Source of the DNA: Lingula anatina | Lineage: Eukaryota > Animalia > Brachiopoda | Assembly (NCBI GenBank): GCA_051362555.1 | Contig: CM120640.1 | Location: 6,696,001-6,760,000, forward strand | DNA: 64,000 nt | Direction: 5' to 3' | In this document: piece after piece, positions 14,001 to 25,731 of the stretch | Layout: every line of letters starts with the position of its first letter | How positions within the stretch are numbered: position 1 is the stretch's first letter | Position numbers and translations under genes: made by a program | Notes under the pieces: model-generated | Seen by the model: only the letters and a program-made list of their open reading frames with translations | What the model was told of the DNA's origin: nothing | Database searches by the model: none

Positions 14001-17000
14001 TTTTTATTAGCACTGAGGTTTGAACTGGAACAATGCAAAACTGCATACCAACATAGTAAGGCCGGATCCAAAATCAAAATAAGAAGCAAAATGCCATTCA
14101 CTCCTTGACATGATCAAAGTGTGCCAAATGGATTGAGAATACAAGAAATACATGCCAGTTCAGTGAAATATATGGGGTTTCAAGCAGTTCTTAATATTAT
14201 GTACTAGGATAATGATAATCTGCATACCTATCCTGCAGAAGAGAAATGAGGTGCCAAATAAACATTATTAACTGGTCGCCAGTGCTCTCTTTACCTGGGA
14301 ACCTCATCCAGGTGTATATTCACTCAGAATACTGCATACTTCTATCTGGGCTATGTATATAATCCTAGTTGTAATACTAGGCTAGTCTGCAGGCAAACAC
14401 ACAGGGCACCAATAAACTGTTTACTTATATTTATGCACCTGTATTGGGTAAATCAAGAGCAGAGAGTCTGAGAAAATTTCATCACATAATAATTCCTCCT
14501 CATGTCTTATATCACAAAGCTGGAACCTTGCTTATGCCAGTCTCTGCCAAAAAACATATACCTACTGACCCTTTGGGCCACCAAAGAATCTACAGACCAA
14601 AAGCAGAAACACTGGCAAGTTACCTGTAACTGACCAGTTTTACTGGTTCTGCTACATTAGGTGACTATGTAGCAGAACTGTTAGTACTTTATGAAAATGC
14701 AGAAAAACCCATAAAAACTACAAAAATCTTACACAATGAATGTTCATAATTCACTGATCACAAATACTATCTAATATACAAAATTCATCATTATCAATTC
14801 ATTCCCATTGAATAAATCATCTGTGATAGAAAAAACAATGTATTTACTAGTATGCAATATCGCTGACTCTCTGTTATCATGACTTCAGGGGCACATGACA
14901 CTATTGTGGACAGGAACAATTAAGCATTTATCTATATCTCACCAAGTATCAAACTTCAGAAACAAAATGGAAAGTAACAAAATTTGAAACTGCAACACTT
15001 ACATAACATCATTTACCATTCCCATACAAAAATGAGAGCAAGTTGTGTATCTGTGTGGTGCAGGAATTTGTTTCCATAAAACTGATATTCTAGCCTCCGC
15101 CAGGAATGTTTTCACACAGTTTCTGAAACCACAGAGCTTAGTATCAGTTTTTTCACCGTCTTCACCAGCTTAATTGGTTCCAATAATTTGCACATTTACA
15201 TCTTTACATCCTGGGCCAAAGAGAAATTGATACGTAGAAAACAAAAATTTTAACATTAGGAATGGAATTGGTAGCTACCACATCAGATATCATTTACACT
15301 TGATGTATTAACAATAAAAAAGACAGCGTTGAAAAATGGTCTTTTCCTCTCTCTCTCTCTCTTTTTCTTTCTTTGTGCTTTCTCCCTTGCGATCCAAGGC
15401 AGCACTATCAAACTCCCATATCATGTTCTGGTTGACTTACCTACTGTTTGGACTTGATACTACACAAATTAGCTCAGCTTTTCATTCATCAAGAGGTTAT
15501 TCAAGGATCTTATACCACAATTCCAGCTCTATTCTTGTAAGAACACTTTGATTACAGGAATGTTGGTAACTTTGTGGCAAAACCCATCCTTTGATACAAC
15601 AGTTCTTAAATGTAGTGTGCAAAACTTCAATAATGTGATATTTGCTCCCGAACACAGCATTAGGAAGTGATGAGCTTCTATTCCCTCCAGTGTCAGTCCA
15701 AATTTGGTCTGGTGACTTCACTGTCAACATGCATAGAGAATAAAGCCAAGGTGTGTTTTCTCCATGAACAATGATGGTCTGAGTGTGGCATTGTGATCCT
15801 ATTGTTAGTCACTCACACAGAAATGTGTATAGGTAACTGGAGTAATGTCAAGTTCTTGAAATTATGTTGTATGAACCCAAGTGTGATAAGAGGATAAATC
15901 TTCACTTGCCAAAACAACATTGTTAAGCTATAACATCTCTACCATTCCCTAAACTCAGCCAGTTCTTTGCTAATACAGTCACAAAGGAAGTTACAAAAGG
16001 GATGATAAGGGATTGGCAAAGTTTTATACAACCTACTGGCACAGAAAGGTATCCACCTCAGAGACAAACTTTTTCCTCTTTCTGAAAAATTAAATTCTAC
16101 CAAGTGTTCAGCAGTAATGCTGTGTGAGACTTAAAATGTCTGGTTTACAATGTCCCGTTCTAACAGCTACGTGGAACCATGGTCCTCATTGACCTGGCAC
16201 TGTGTGTGGCACCTTTTGGACCAGTGAACTGCAACAAAATATCTGGACAGACGTAAGAGAATAAATGAAAAAGATTGTTATCAGGATTCATAAATATTCT
16301 CAGACCACAACTTTCAAAATGACATGTATTTCATCTGCATAGAACTTATTCCATTTATTTTTTCACCAATCTTTTTTTATTAGAATGAACCTTTGTTTGA
16401 ACTTTTTATATAAATATGTTTCTTTTCTTTTTCTGACATCTGAAAGCCCATGCTATCTATAATATCTTTTCTCTCCCATGTTTAAAATAAAATATCAACC
16501 CATACATGCAAACTAATCTATTAAATAACACCCACATTCCCTGCATTTTATCATGTCTGTTATCAGGATAGTTTTCACCAATCCATCCTTCAGGGGACAT
16601 GTAGATGTCAAAACACAATCTCCTCAGACTATTGATACAGGATAACTACCTTAATCATGTTCATTTCATCCTTTTCAAGCACAAAATTTTTAAGTGGAAA
16701 TTGAATGCTAACTTACAATGCCATATTATACTCTGAAGACTTTTTACCCTTTTAACAAAAAACAACATATTATTCAAACTGTGTCATAAAAAGCAAAATT
16801 ACCCATGCAACCGTCCCAGATGGAGCTCATTTGGGTGAAGTCTGCTGACAAAGGTAAAAAAAAAATCAAAATTGTTAGTCTTTGAAAAAAAGCACCTTGT
16901 AAGTTGTCAAACTTAGTTCTGTCTGCTCTTCACGTGTGTGTAGACAAAGTAAATTCTACCCCAGCCAAGCAGGAAACGCTTTAGTAACCCTGTGGCTTGA

Positions 17001-20000
17001 TGATGAAATGCAAGGTGAATGTCTATATGATCTACAAGAGAGACCCTTTAACCTGGCATTTAGCTGGTCAAATGCCGGGTGGCCATCATCACAGGGCTGG
17101 ATTGTGTGCTCTACCTGCTGATGAGACTATGACCACCGATCCATGAAATCTAATTAGGTGCTTGTGTTCTTCTTGGGTTAGTGTTTTAAGTGAGACTTCT
17201 TTACCAAAGGCATTTCATCCATCCCTGTGTCAGGCAAATGTCAAACTTGATGCCTTAGTGACACATTATACCTTTACACTTCCTATTGCTGAAAGGCACC
17301 ATGAGGCATGGTATGGACTTTTATGGGGCTGACTAAGTGTGTGTTTAAGAATGTTACTCACAACATACATCTCTGTGTATAAGCGCTTGTCACTTTTCAT
17401 TGCACTTCCAGAAACCTTCCCATTTATCTGTGTTAAAGACCTGCACTTTCTTCACGAGAAGAGTGCATGTGTATATGTCTTTTTTTCAAAGCTTTAAGAA
17501 ACATGCTATCTATAATCTTAAAATACTATACTATTTGATACCATTTGACGCTCTAATAGTTTGAAATATTGAGGTCAATAAGTACAAATTAAAAAATACA
17601 CCTTTATATCAATATCCTTTGTTAAAAAAATTGTATTCCAAATAAAACTGTCTTTAAACTTACCTGATAATTCATCACTCATCAGAAATCCTTCCTGTCA
17701 ACTTCACATACCATGAACAGTTTAAATAGGAATGAACATACTTGCCCAAGCATAGAGCCTGCATTCCCTTTGACCTCATTAGAGGGCTATTTGAGTCAGA
17801 CTCATATTTAGTGTCTGAGATAATAGCACATCTAATGACACAAAAATGTAAACAAAAGTTGACATTATTAGACAGTACAGCACACACAGGGCAAGGGTTT
17901 GGGATAGCATAAGCAATACCTCCAGGCTATGTATATTATTCTGTGGGATCCCATACAAACTGTCACCGTATCTGCTATGTAAACATATAAATACTATGTC
18001 CACATTCTAAAATTTCGTATCATTCTAGTAAAATTTGCTCTTTGAAAACTGCGCTAAAACCATTATACACATCAAATGCAAATCTGCATGTAACATAATA
18101 CTTGACCAAGGTTCTTCATCAAAACAGGGACACCTTATCTCTCTTTATGCTTGCACTAATAGATGAATCCTGACTCAGAGTAATAAAGTCCTCCAGCTAT
18201 AAGAAAATCACCAAAGACATTATTGATTAATGGCTTAATTAGTGACCTTTTGACCTTCTACAGTATATAATTTAAAGGAGTTGTTTGGGTCTTGAGAATG
18301 TTCACAGCACTGTTGAGATGAGCTGGGAAAGACATGAAAGTTACCATTTGTTCAAAGTCACTGTGTATCTTTATAACATCAATGATAATAACAGTGAAGA
18401 CAAAACAGCATGTGACGTGCCAGTACACTGATTCAGATGTGTACAGTATGTACAGTTTACCTCAGTTTCAGGCCTTACTCCGTCATATATTTCATTATGC
18501 TTCCAATTCTAATATGCTTACTGTTGTCTGGTGCAATTTAATTCGGAGGCATCAACACTTACTTCATAGAAATACTAGCACTGGCACTGACAAGAGCTTC
18601 AGTGACTTCACACTAGTTTGTCTAGTTTGATACACATGATTAATACAGTAGTGTACAGCAACAGGAAAAATATTTCGATACGTTTGATGAGTTGAGTCTC
18701 AAGATGACACAAGGTAGTTTTATAAATCTAAGCACCATATATAACAGAAGCACTGCTTAACAAACATCCGTCCACAGGAATGCATACTGGAAATGGTCTT
18801 GATTTATGAACTGCCACTGCCAGTGACTGAGTAAGCCAGCCAAGCTGACCTGTCACTGTCGTTTTCGTAAAATCAAAACAATGTAACCACCACTATGAAA
18901 AGCAGTATGCTACTTTATACAACTTCTCACTAACTTGCATATCATTTAAATGTTTTGAAACAGCGATAGAGGAGTCAGTGAGATCAAGATATAAACTATT
19001 TTACCAACAGCTTCCCACTTACCGTTCCGTTTGCCAGCGAAGCGATGGCTGATTCATTTTCAAGACAGTCCAAACCTCAGATACATTTTAGCGTTACATG
19101 GATTTAAAACATGCCAAATAAAACAGATTACTAAAAGATACTGTTAAAGATTAAAAATTTACAACAATATGGATATATTATGCAAATTTACCTTAGTAGC
19201 AAAAGACACGGGGCAAATTGATTTGGTAACGGCTTTTCTTGGCACACCCGACAAATTTTATGAATTTCACAGTAGCTGAATGTGTTAGGTGTGACCTCCC
19301 ACTGCAACAAGGATTTCTAAATAGAATATCCAAGTTTTAAGAAGCAGAATAGAGTAAAAAATTTACATGCCATATATTCCCTCTAACAGGCACAGTATAT
19401 AAATCATGATTATGTGAGCCTTAGAACGTGGTCTAAGTTCCACCTGTGAACATTCAAGGTTCTCGTGCTTATCTTAAAAAAAAAAAAAAAAAAAAACAAC
19501 AACAAAGGAAAAAAAATTGAGGTGATGGACCCGAGATTATTTTAAGGGATAAAGTGAGTTCAAAATACATAACCTAAATAGAAAATCATGTAGATATATT
19601 TCAGCAAAAATCCCAAATCAGAAACTGGGTCTATTTTATTGAATAACAATAATCTCTACTTCTATGGTTTTAATAAATGTTCATCAACCCGTAGGGTTGT
19701 ACAGAAATAAACATGTAGAAATAGAAAGATCAAAAATTATGTAATAATAAAAATGAAATAAAAACAAAAATGTTATCTTTGCACATTTTAAGCGCATGCA
19801 ACTGTGAAAGATATATTATCATAAAATGAAATGGATTTTATCATTTCTCATACTTCATCTACTATACAACTTTAAGGGTTCCATTATCATATTGAAGCTT
19901 TTAAGGACAAAGTCATTTAAGGCTACATAAAATGCCATAGTCCTTGTGTTCAAAATTCTCATAATCAGTCATCTTATGAAGTGTCAGATATCAGTAGTAA

Positions 20001-20591
20001 TCTCTCGTAGCACTTGTGACTTGTTTAAATTGGCTGTTACAGGATTCCATAAATGTTGCATCAACAGAATTGGCATCCTGCCTGCTCCAACATGAAGAAA
20101 GGCTTGACACTTTTCATAGTAAGAGCTGCAGTCAATCCAGGCCTTGGCTGTAATAGCTGGCTATCAATCACTTGGTTTCACTACATTAGCTGGATGCATC
20201 AGTGGTACATCAGGAACACCACTGCTAAATGGGCTCATCATGTCAGCTATGCATCTGGTTCATCTTTGTCTCAGGTGTTTTCCAGACTAAAACAAAAAAG
20301 GCCAAAATTAATATTACCTTACAAGACTTTTTTAAACATACAATCTCTCATTTCTTTTAAAATCAACACCTGATAGCAATTTTATGTATTACAGATTTTA
20401 AATTAATTTGAATGTAAGGTTTGGTGAATATTTGGTGAATAATGTATTACTTTGTACATTACTAGGTAGGCAGGATGAATGTGAAAGTTAAAACACCTAT
20501 CTTACCTATCTTTGCTAAAATTTAAATGCTCTATATATAGTGTTCACAGTGAAACAAATAAAGAATGAGTGATTCCATCTGTCACCAATAC

Positions 20592-21483
20592 TTACTCTAC
20601 ATGTATAGCCAGAGAGCAGGACTCACAGCAGACTGTGTCCACACCTAAAACAACACTTGTTTGGTCTAAAATAAAGACATCTCCACAACGACATGGGTAG
20701 GTGTGTGCTTCTAGCTCCTCATTGTAGTCAAAGTCTTCCATGCAAACCTGTCCATAAACATATTTTATTCATAACACATAAAAATCAATTCTGTATCACT
20801 GTAATAATACTGCCTAATCTATCACTTTCAATATAGCTGAACAAAAAATGAACCCTTAACAATCAGGTTGTTATCTAAAAAGAATTGATCACCATCTTTT
20901 GATAGTTAAAAGAAACAGTACAGATGACAGATGCCCTACAACATTAACTTTGAATATGATAACATGCAAGTTTGGAAGTTTCAGCTAAATAGTTTACCTT
21001 TATATTCAGTGTCAGATGGTACTCAATCCCCACTCCCCATCCCCCCTCACAAAGACATGCACCCCAACCACCACTTTCCCTGGGTTCACATGTTATTTCG
21101 TGTAGTCCCTTTGTCTGGCAAGGCAACATCTCATTCTCCCCCCCCCCCCCCCCCCAAGCTGTCTTTAGCACATTTTAATCTTAAAAGACTAATGAAGCGT
21201 TATAAATATCACGTACAGAATCATGTATTGGGAATTTCTGTGCAAATCGCCATTCCTTCAATCTGGCATCATAATCTTTCCTGAGATTTTCGTCGCTGAG
21301 TGTCTTCCATGCCCTGTCAGCCTGTAGAAAACGCTGGAGTGCCACGGTGTGTTCTTCTTGGCTCAGCTGTTTGGAAGACAGTTTGTCGGGGTGACATTCT
21401 AATACCAATTTCTGATAAGATCGTTTCAGATCTTCAATTGAGTGATCAGGCTCACATGATAAAATCTTGTAGAAGTCCTCCAT
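20592..21483 (-). CDS. DNAJC24: DnaJ homolog subfamily C member 24 (DPH4; J-domain plus CSL zinc finger)
   Basis: Exon 21217-21483 encodes a J domain with HPD (ECHPDK). Exon 20592-20747 encodes VCMEDFDYNEELEAHTYPCRCGDVF...VCCESCSLAIHVE*, a CSL-type Zn/Fe finger. A possible alternative last exon lies at 20271-20286. Confidence 0.93.
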
Positions 21484-21628
21484 GTCATCTATAGCAATTA
21501 TTATGTCAGAAACATGTCATCTTGAAGGAAACGTATCTTCGGGAGTTTTCACCGATTCCTTTTCTCGCGCAGCACATGCAACTTCCGGCCACTTCCGGTA
21601 TTTCGAAAGCTTTCAAGAATATTTTACA
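21484..21628. promoter_or_regulatory. Bidirectional promoter DNAJC24/TMX2 with tandem ETS (GABP/ELK-type) sites
   Basis: Only 145 bp separate the divergent ATGs. ACTTCCGG occurs twice at 10-bp spacing (21581, 21591). TCTCGCG is at ~21563. The region is locally CpG-rich. Confidence 0.75.
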
Positions 21629-24308
21629 ATGGGCTCGTGGACAGAACTTTTACTACCCCATTATGTGGGAAATTATGCATTATCTCTATTGTTTGTCACG
21701 TTGAAGCTTTCGCCGCTGACATGCATATATCTTTTTGATAATTGCACTCTTGAAATGGTGGGTAATTTAGCTAGGTAGAAGTCCGTTAATTGTTATAATC
21801 AGTGACACTGACAGTGTAATCTACATCGTATCTACTAGTAGCAGTACCTGGCTAAGCCATATCCCTTCATTAATGAGGAGTATTGTGATGGCTGTGAATG
21901 CGTAACTACAAGTTTTTAGCCTGAATGTAGCTTAGGCCGTTTGTACTACTACTGTAAGTTACAGAGGTCAGACTTAGGCAATGGCAATCACGCTCTGGCA
22001 ATCAATATTATACTGATGTCTAGGATTTTGTCCCAACTCTAGCACCCTTTTCTGTATGTTTGATGCCTTATGCTTGATGCATTTTAAAGCATTTTATTGT
22101 TTTAGAGAGAAATGGAAATCCTGATGTTCCTTGGCTGCGTCATTGTATTGAAAAACAGAAAGACACGTAAGTAGCATTTTAAAACTTATTTTCGAAATAT
22201 CGTACATGCAACAAATGCAAAACCTGGCAGAAATTAAACTGGATAATTTTTTTTTTTTTTTTGCAGATTCAATTAAAGATTTCATTGATGTGGGATGTAT
22301 GTTTGCCAAAATTGCCAGTATTATCATGTTCTTCAGACAGAATGTGCTGATGGCAGTTGGATATGGATTACTATGTCTAGGTAACATTTGCCCCTAACTA
22401 TTATAGTGGATCTACTAGTATAAATAATTAATTAATTATATTATTTATCAATTTGTCAAAATTATTGTATTTATTTATTTTTTTATTGCCATGTAAATGG
22501 TGCATAAGTGTAGTCTTTCTTATTTATGGATATAACACTTACAGTATGTGAAATGTTATTCAGAAAAGCCTAACACAATGGAGTGGACTGGTGAAAGTTA
22601 GTGCAACATAAGTTTGGTATTAGCACGGAAATTCATGCGTTAGCACTCCTATTGACGATTCTGATATGTACTAGCTTTGCACATATCAGAATCATCAAAA
22701 GGAGTGCTAACGCATGAATTTCCGTGCTAGTTTGGTATTAAGCACTGTCTTGCACATGGAATTCAGGTTAGTCAAATTAAATAAGAACTGTATTTCCAAA
22801 AGTAAAAGAAACCCTTAATTATAGACATTAAAGTTATCAACCATTTGTATGCTTTGTTTTCAGCGCACATCGCATTCCTTCCTAAACCTATGTACTCTGG
22901 TCCAGAACTTATCACATATTTTAGAGCAAATGGATTAAGGGTAAGAGCTTTATATATACTGGTACTAATTTATAAATTACCTTTGAATATAAACTTGAAA
23001 ATCTCAAATTTTACTACTTTCATAAATTTCACCTACCTTGAATTGTATCATGGCATTTGAAATTCTCTGAACATGAGGTATTAATACACAGTTAACATGA
23101 AAGTAGATATACATGTATTCTTGTAAATGACTAAACCTCAAATTTGCAGGAAGAGCTTTCAAAAGATAAAAGAGTAACATGGCTTGTAGAGTTCTATGCA
23201 GCTTGGTCTCCAGCTTGTGTGAACTTTGCACCAGTCTTCTCAGAACTTTCAGCAAAGTGAGTATATACACTGTTTATTTATATAAACACACATATTGCAA
23301 TATGGGTCTACTTATCCCACATTTTAATAAAAAAATTGCCAGCATTTGAAATAAGTATGGTTACATATTTTTGGTATCATGCCACCATTGATTTAATTAT
23401 AATAATTATATATATATATATAGTAATAAGCAGTAATTAAGTGGTTGAACAGTTGTAATAAGGAAAATGCATGTATGTCCTATTTAATTTCTGTTTTATT
23501 TCAGATATTCACTGGATAATTTAAAATTTGGTAAGCTGGATGTGAGCAGATTTACAGAGGAAGCAAAAGAGTAAGTGTTGTCATGGAGATTGTAGAACAT
23601 CATAATCAGTGAATGTATAGTTCAGAAGTAATGTGTATGACACTGATGAAATAACTAATTGAATGTCCAAGGTTTGGCTATTTTAATAAAAGTAGATGGA
23701 ATAAGAATCGTTAGGCAAATACCAGAAGCAACTGTCACTAAATTTTCTTTTCAAAGTCGACCACATATGACTTTTCTTTTGATAATTATAATAATATTTG
23801 ACTAATATTACATTGTTGTCATAATACTATCTGGACTTTGATCATGTTATCAGATATGGTGTTGACAACTCCTCCTGGTCAAAGCAACTCCCCAGCCTCA
23901 TACTGTTTGAAAATGGCAAGGAAAAGATGAGGAGGCCCCATGTTGACCATGCTGGCAGGATTTACAAATTTCCTTTTATAATGGTAAGAATAAGAATTTG
24001 TAAACATGAAACGTAAAAATATTGAAATTCATTTCAGTCAGAAGACATAAGTGTACATGTGGAAAATTCATTTTATTTATTATGTATCTGTTAACTGTCA
24101 TTTTTTCATTTTTTACTTGACATAAAGAAAAAAATATGGTAGCACTGCCGGTACGAATATACTAATTTGTTCTGATCTTGTTTTGTAGGAAAATGTCATC
24201 AAAGATTTTGGATTGAATGAGACATATACCCAGTGTAAAAAGAACCCTATTGTGAAGAAATCTAAACCCAGTACAGAAGAGTCAGAGGGAGTGAAGAAAA
24301 CAAACTGA
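21629..24308 (+). CDS. TMX2: Thioredoxin-related transmembrane protein 2
   Basis: Eight exons: 21629-21757, 22106-22166 (REMEILMFLGCVIVLKNRK), 22267-22380, 22864-22940 (PKPMYSGPELITYF), ~23150-23256 (WLVEFYAAWSPAC, the SxxC site typical of TMX2), ~23505-23570, ~23854-23983 (SKQLPSLILFENGKE..RRP) and ~24189-24308. It ends in KKTN*, a di-lysine ER retrieval signal. Confidence 0.93.
21850..21938 (+). ncRNA. Candidate intronic box C/D snoRNA or kink-turn RNA
   Basis: Terminal stem GGCTAAGC/GCTTAGGCC. C-like boxes ATGAGGA (~21873) and GTGATGG (21885). D box CTGA at 21921-21924. The segment just 5' of the D box, AACTACAAGTTTTTAGC, is roughly complementary to the conserved 18S rRNA stretch GTTAAAAAGCTCGTAGTT. 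Confidence 0.35.
22621..22729. mobile_element. 109-bp foldback MITE with a 9-11-bp target-site duplication (MULE-like)
   Basis: ~49-bp arms, TAGCACGGAAATTCATGCGTTAGCACTCCT...GATTCTGATATGT and its near-perfect reverse complement. Direct repeat GTTTGGTAT at 22612-22620 and 22730-22738. Confidence 0.8.
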
Positions 24309-25731
24309 AAATGCTGTATTTCCTGCAGTTTGTATTGTGATTTTGGCTGACTTCAAGAATATATGGATATAAGTGCAACTGAAATGAGAACTTCCAATTT
24401 TCTCAGTAGTTATCAATTTTTAATGGAATTGTTAAATCCACCATTTGCGTTCAGTCATTCAAGTATGCATAGATGGCGGCTATATTCTAAAACAAAAAAT
24501 GACCTTTTTGGTCTGAGCTAGAGATTTTGTTGGATCAGTAAATGCTTTTTTCTTGGAAAATGCGCTGATATCCCAGGCAACCCAGTTCGTAAATGGACAA
24601 TGTGCAATTTATCCCTCCCCTGCGCAGCCCAAATGGAAGATCGATCTGCCTGCTCATTTCCAATTTTCTGGTGTTATTCTCGTGAGATACATACCCTACG
24701 TACCATAACGATTGTGAAGAAATAGGATATCTCTCTCCGGGAGTTATACATATTCCCGTTATCTGGTCTGGTCACGAATTTTTTGGGACGTTTTATTAAT
24801 GTATGAGTTTAAAAAGACGTACATGAAGTAGAGCTAGAGTTAAACATTTTCTGTTTGTTCGAAGGTAAACGCTTTCCAGTGACAACGTTTTTGTCCGTAT
24901 TTGTTACAATTTTTAAAGAATAAAGATGTAAACCCTGTATTATCATTACTCATTTGTCAAGAATACGAAGTGGATTGAAACGGATGAATAACAAAATGAA
25001 TCATTACGATATCGCGTTATTCGTACCGACAATGATTTAATGTTGATTTATTTACTTGAGAAAAAATATCGGATATTAAATTGTAGTCTATTTGATTAAA
25101 CCCAATCTTGTATCATTGATCTTTCTTAATAATATGCTAGACACATTAACCTGCAAATTCGGTTTACTGAGCAATGGATGTACTTCGTATGTGTAACGCT
25201 ACAACACGTGTGATGAGACGCTACTAAGTCGATGCAGACCCCGTTCTGCCAGAGTACACGAATGTCAATTATATAATTAGATATCAATTGGGCCTCTACC
25301 GCTAGCTGGAAAAATCCATCTCTTCCAACATGTTGGCAAAGCCATAGAGGAATAAAATGTAGTGCAAGGGGCGTCATTAAGCATTCTGCACTGGGAAACG
25401 TACCAAATGTTGAAATAAACGAAACAAAAACCAAAGACAAATTCAGTAACGAAACTCTTGGGTAAAGAATTTGTTTTTCCAATGTAAATTGATATCTTCC
25501 CATTAATTCGCAGTTAATTAACAAAATGAGGTTCCGAATTTTTCAATATTGTTGCAACCGCTGTCGAATTAAGTTGATTCCAGAAATGCTCTGATAAATC
25601 ATATGGGTAATTCAATTGGTGCTTGCAATTTTGTGAGGCAGCATACGATCGATTTCCAGGCAAACTGCTGTACAACAACAAGATAATTCGAAGTACACTC
25701 TCACTGCCGCCATAGGCATAAGCCGACGACG

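Noticed and set aside
17118-17150. CTGATGA...GAAA as a second hammerhead
   Set aside because: No convincing stem II, stem I or cleavage-site geometry.
21885-21925. Functional SECIS or selenoprotein system
   Set aside because: The element is intronic, and none of the assembled CDSs needs an in-frame TGA (TMX2 has SxxC with TGT). It is kept only as a kink-turn/snoRNA candidate.
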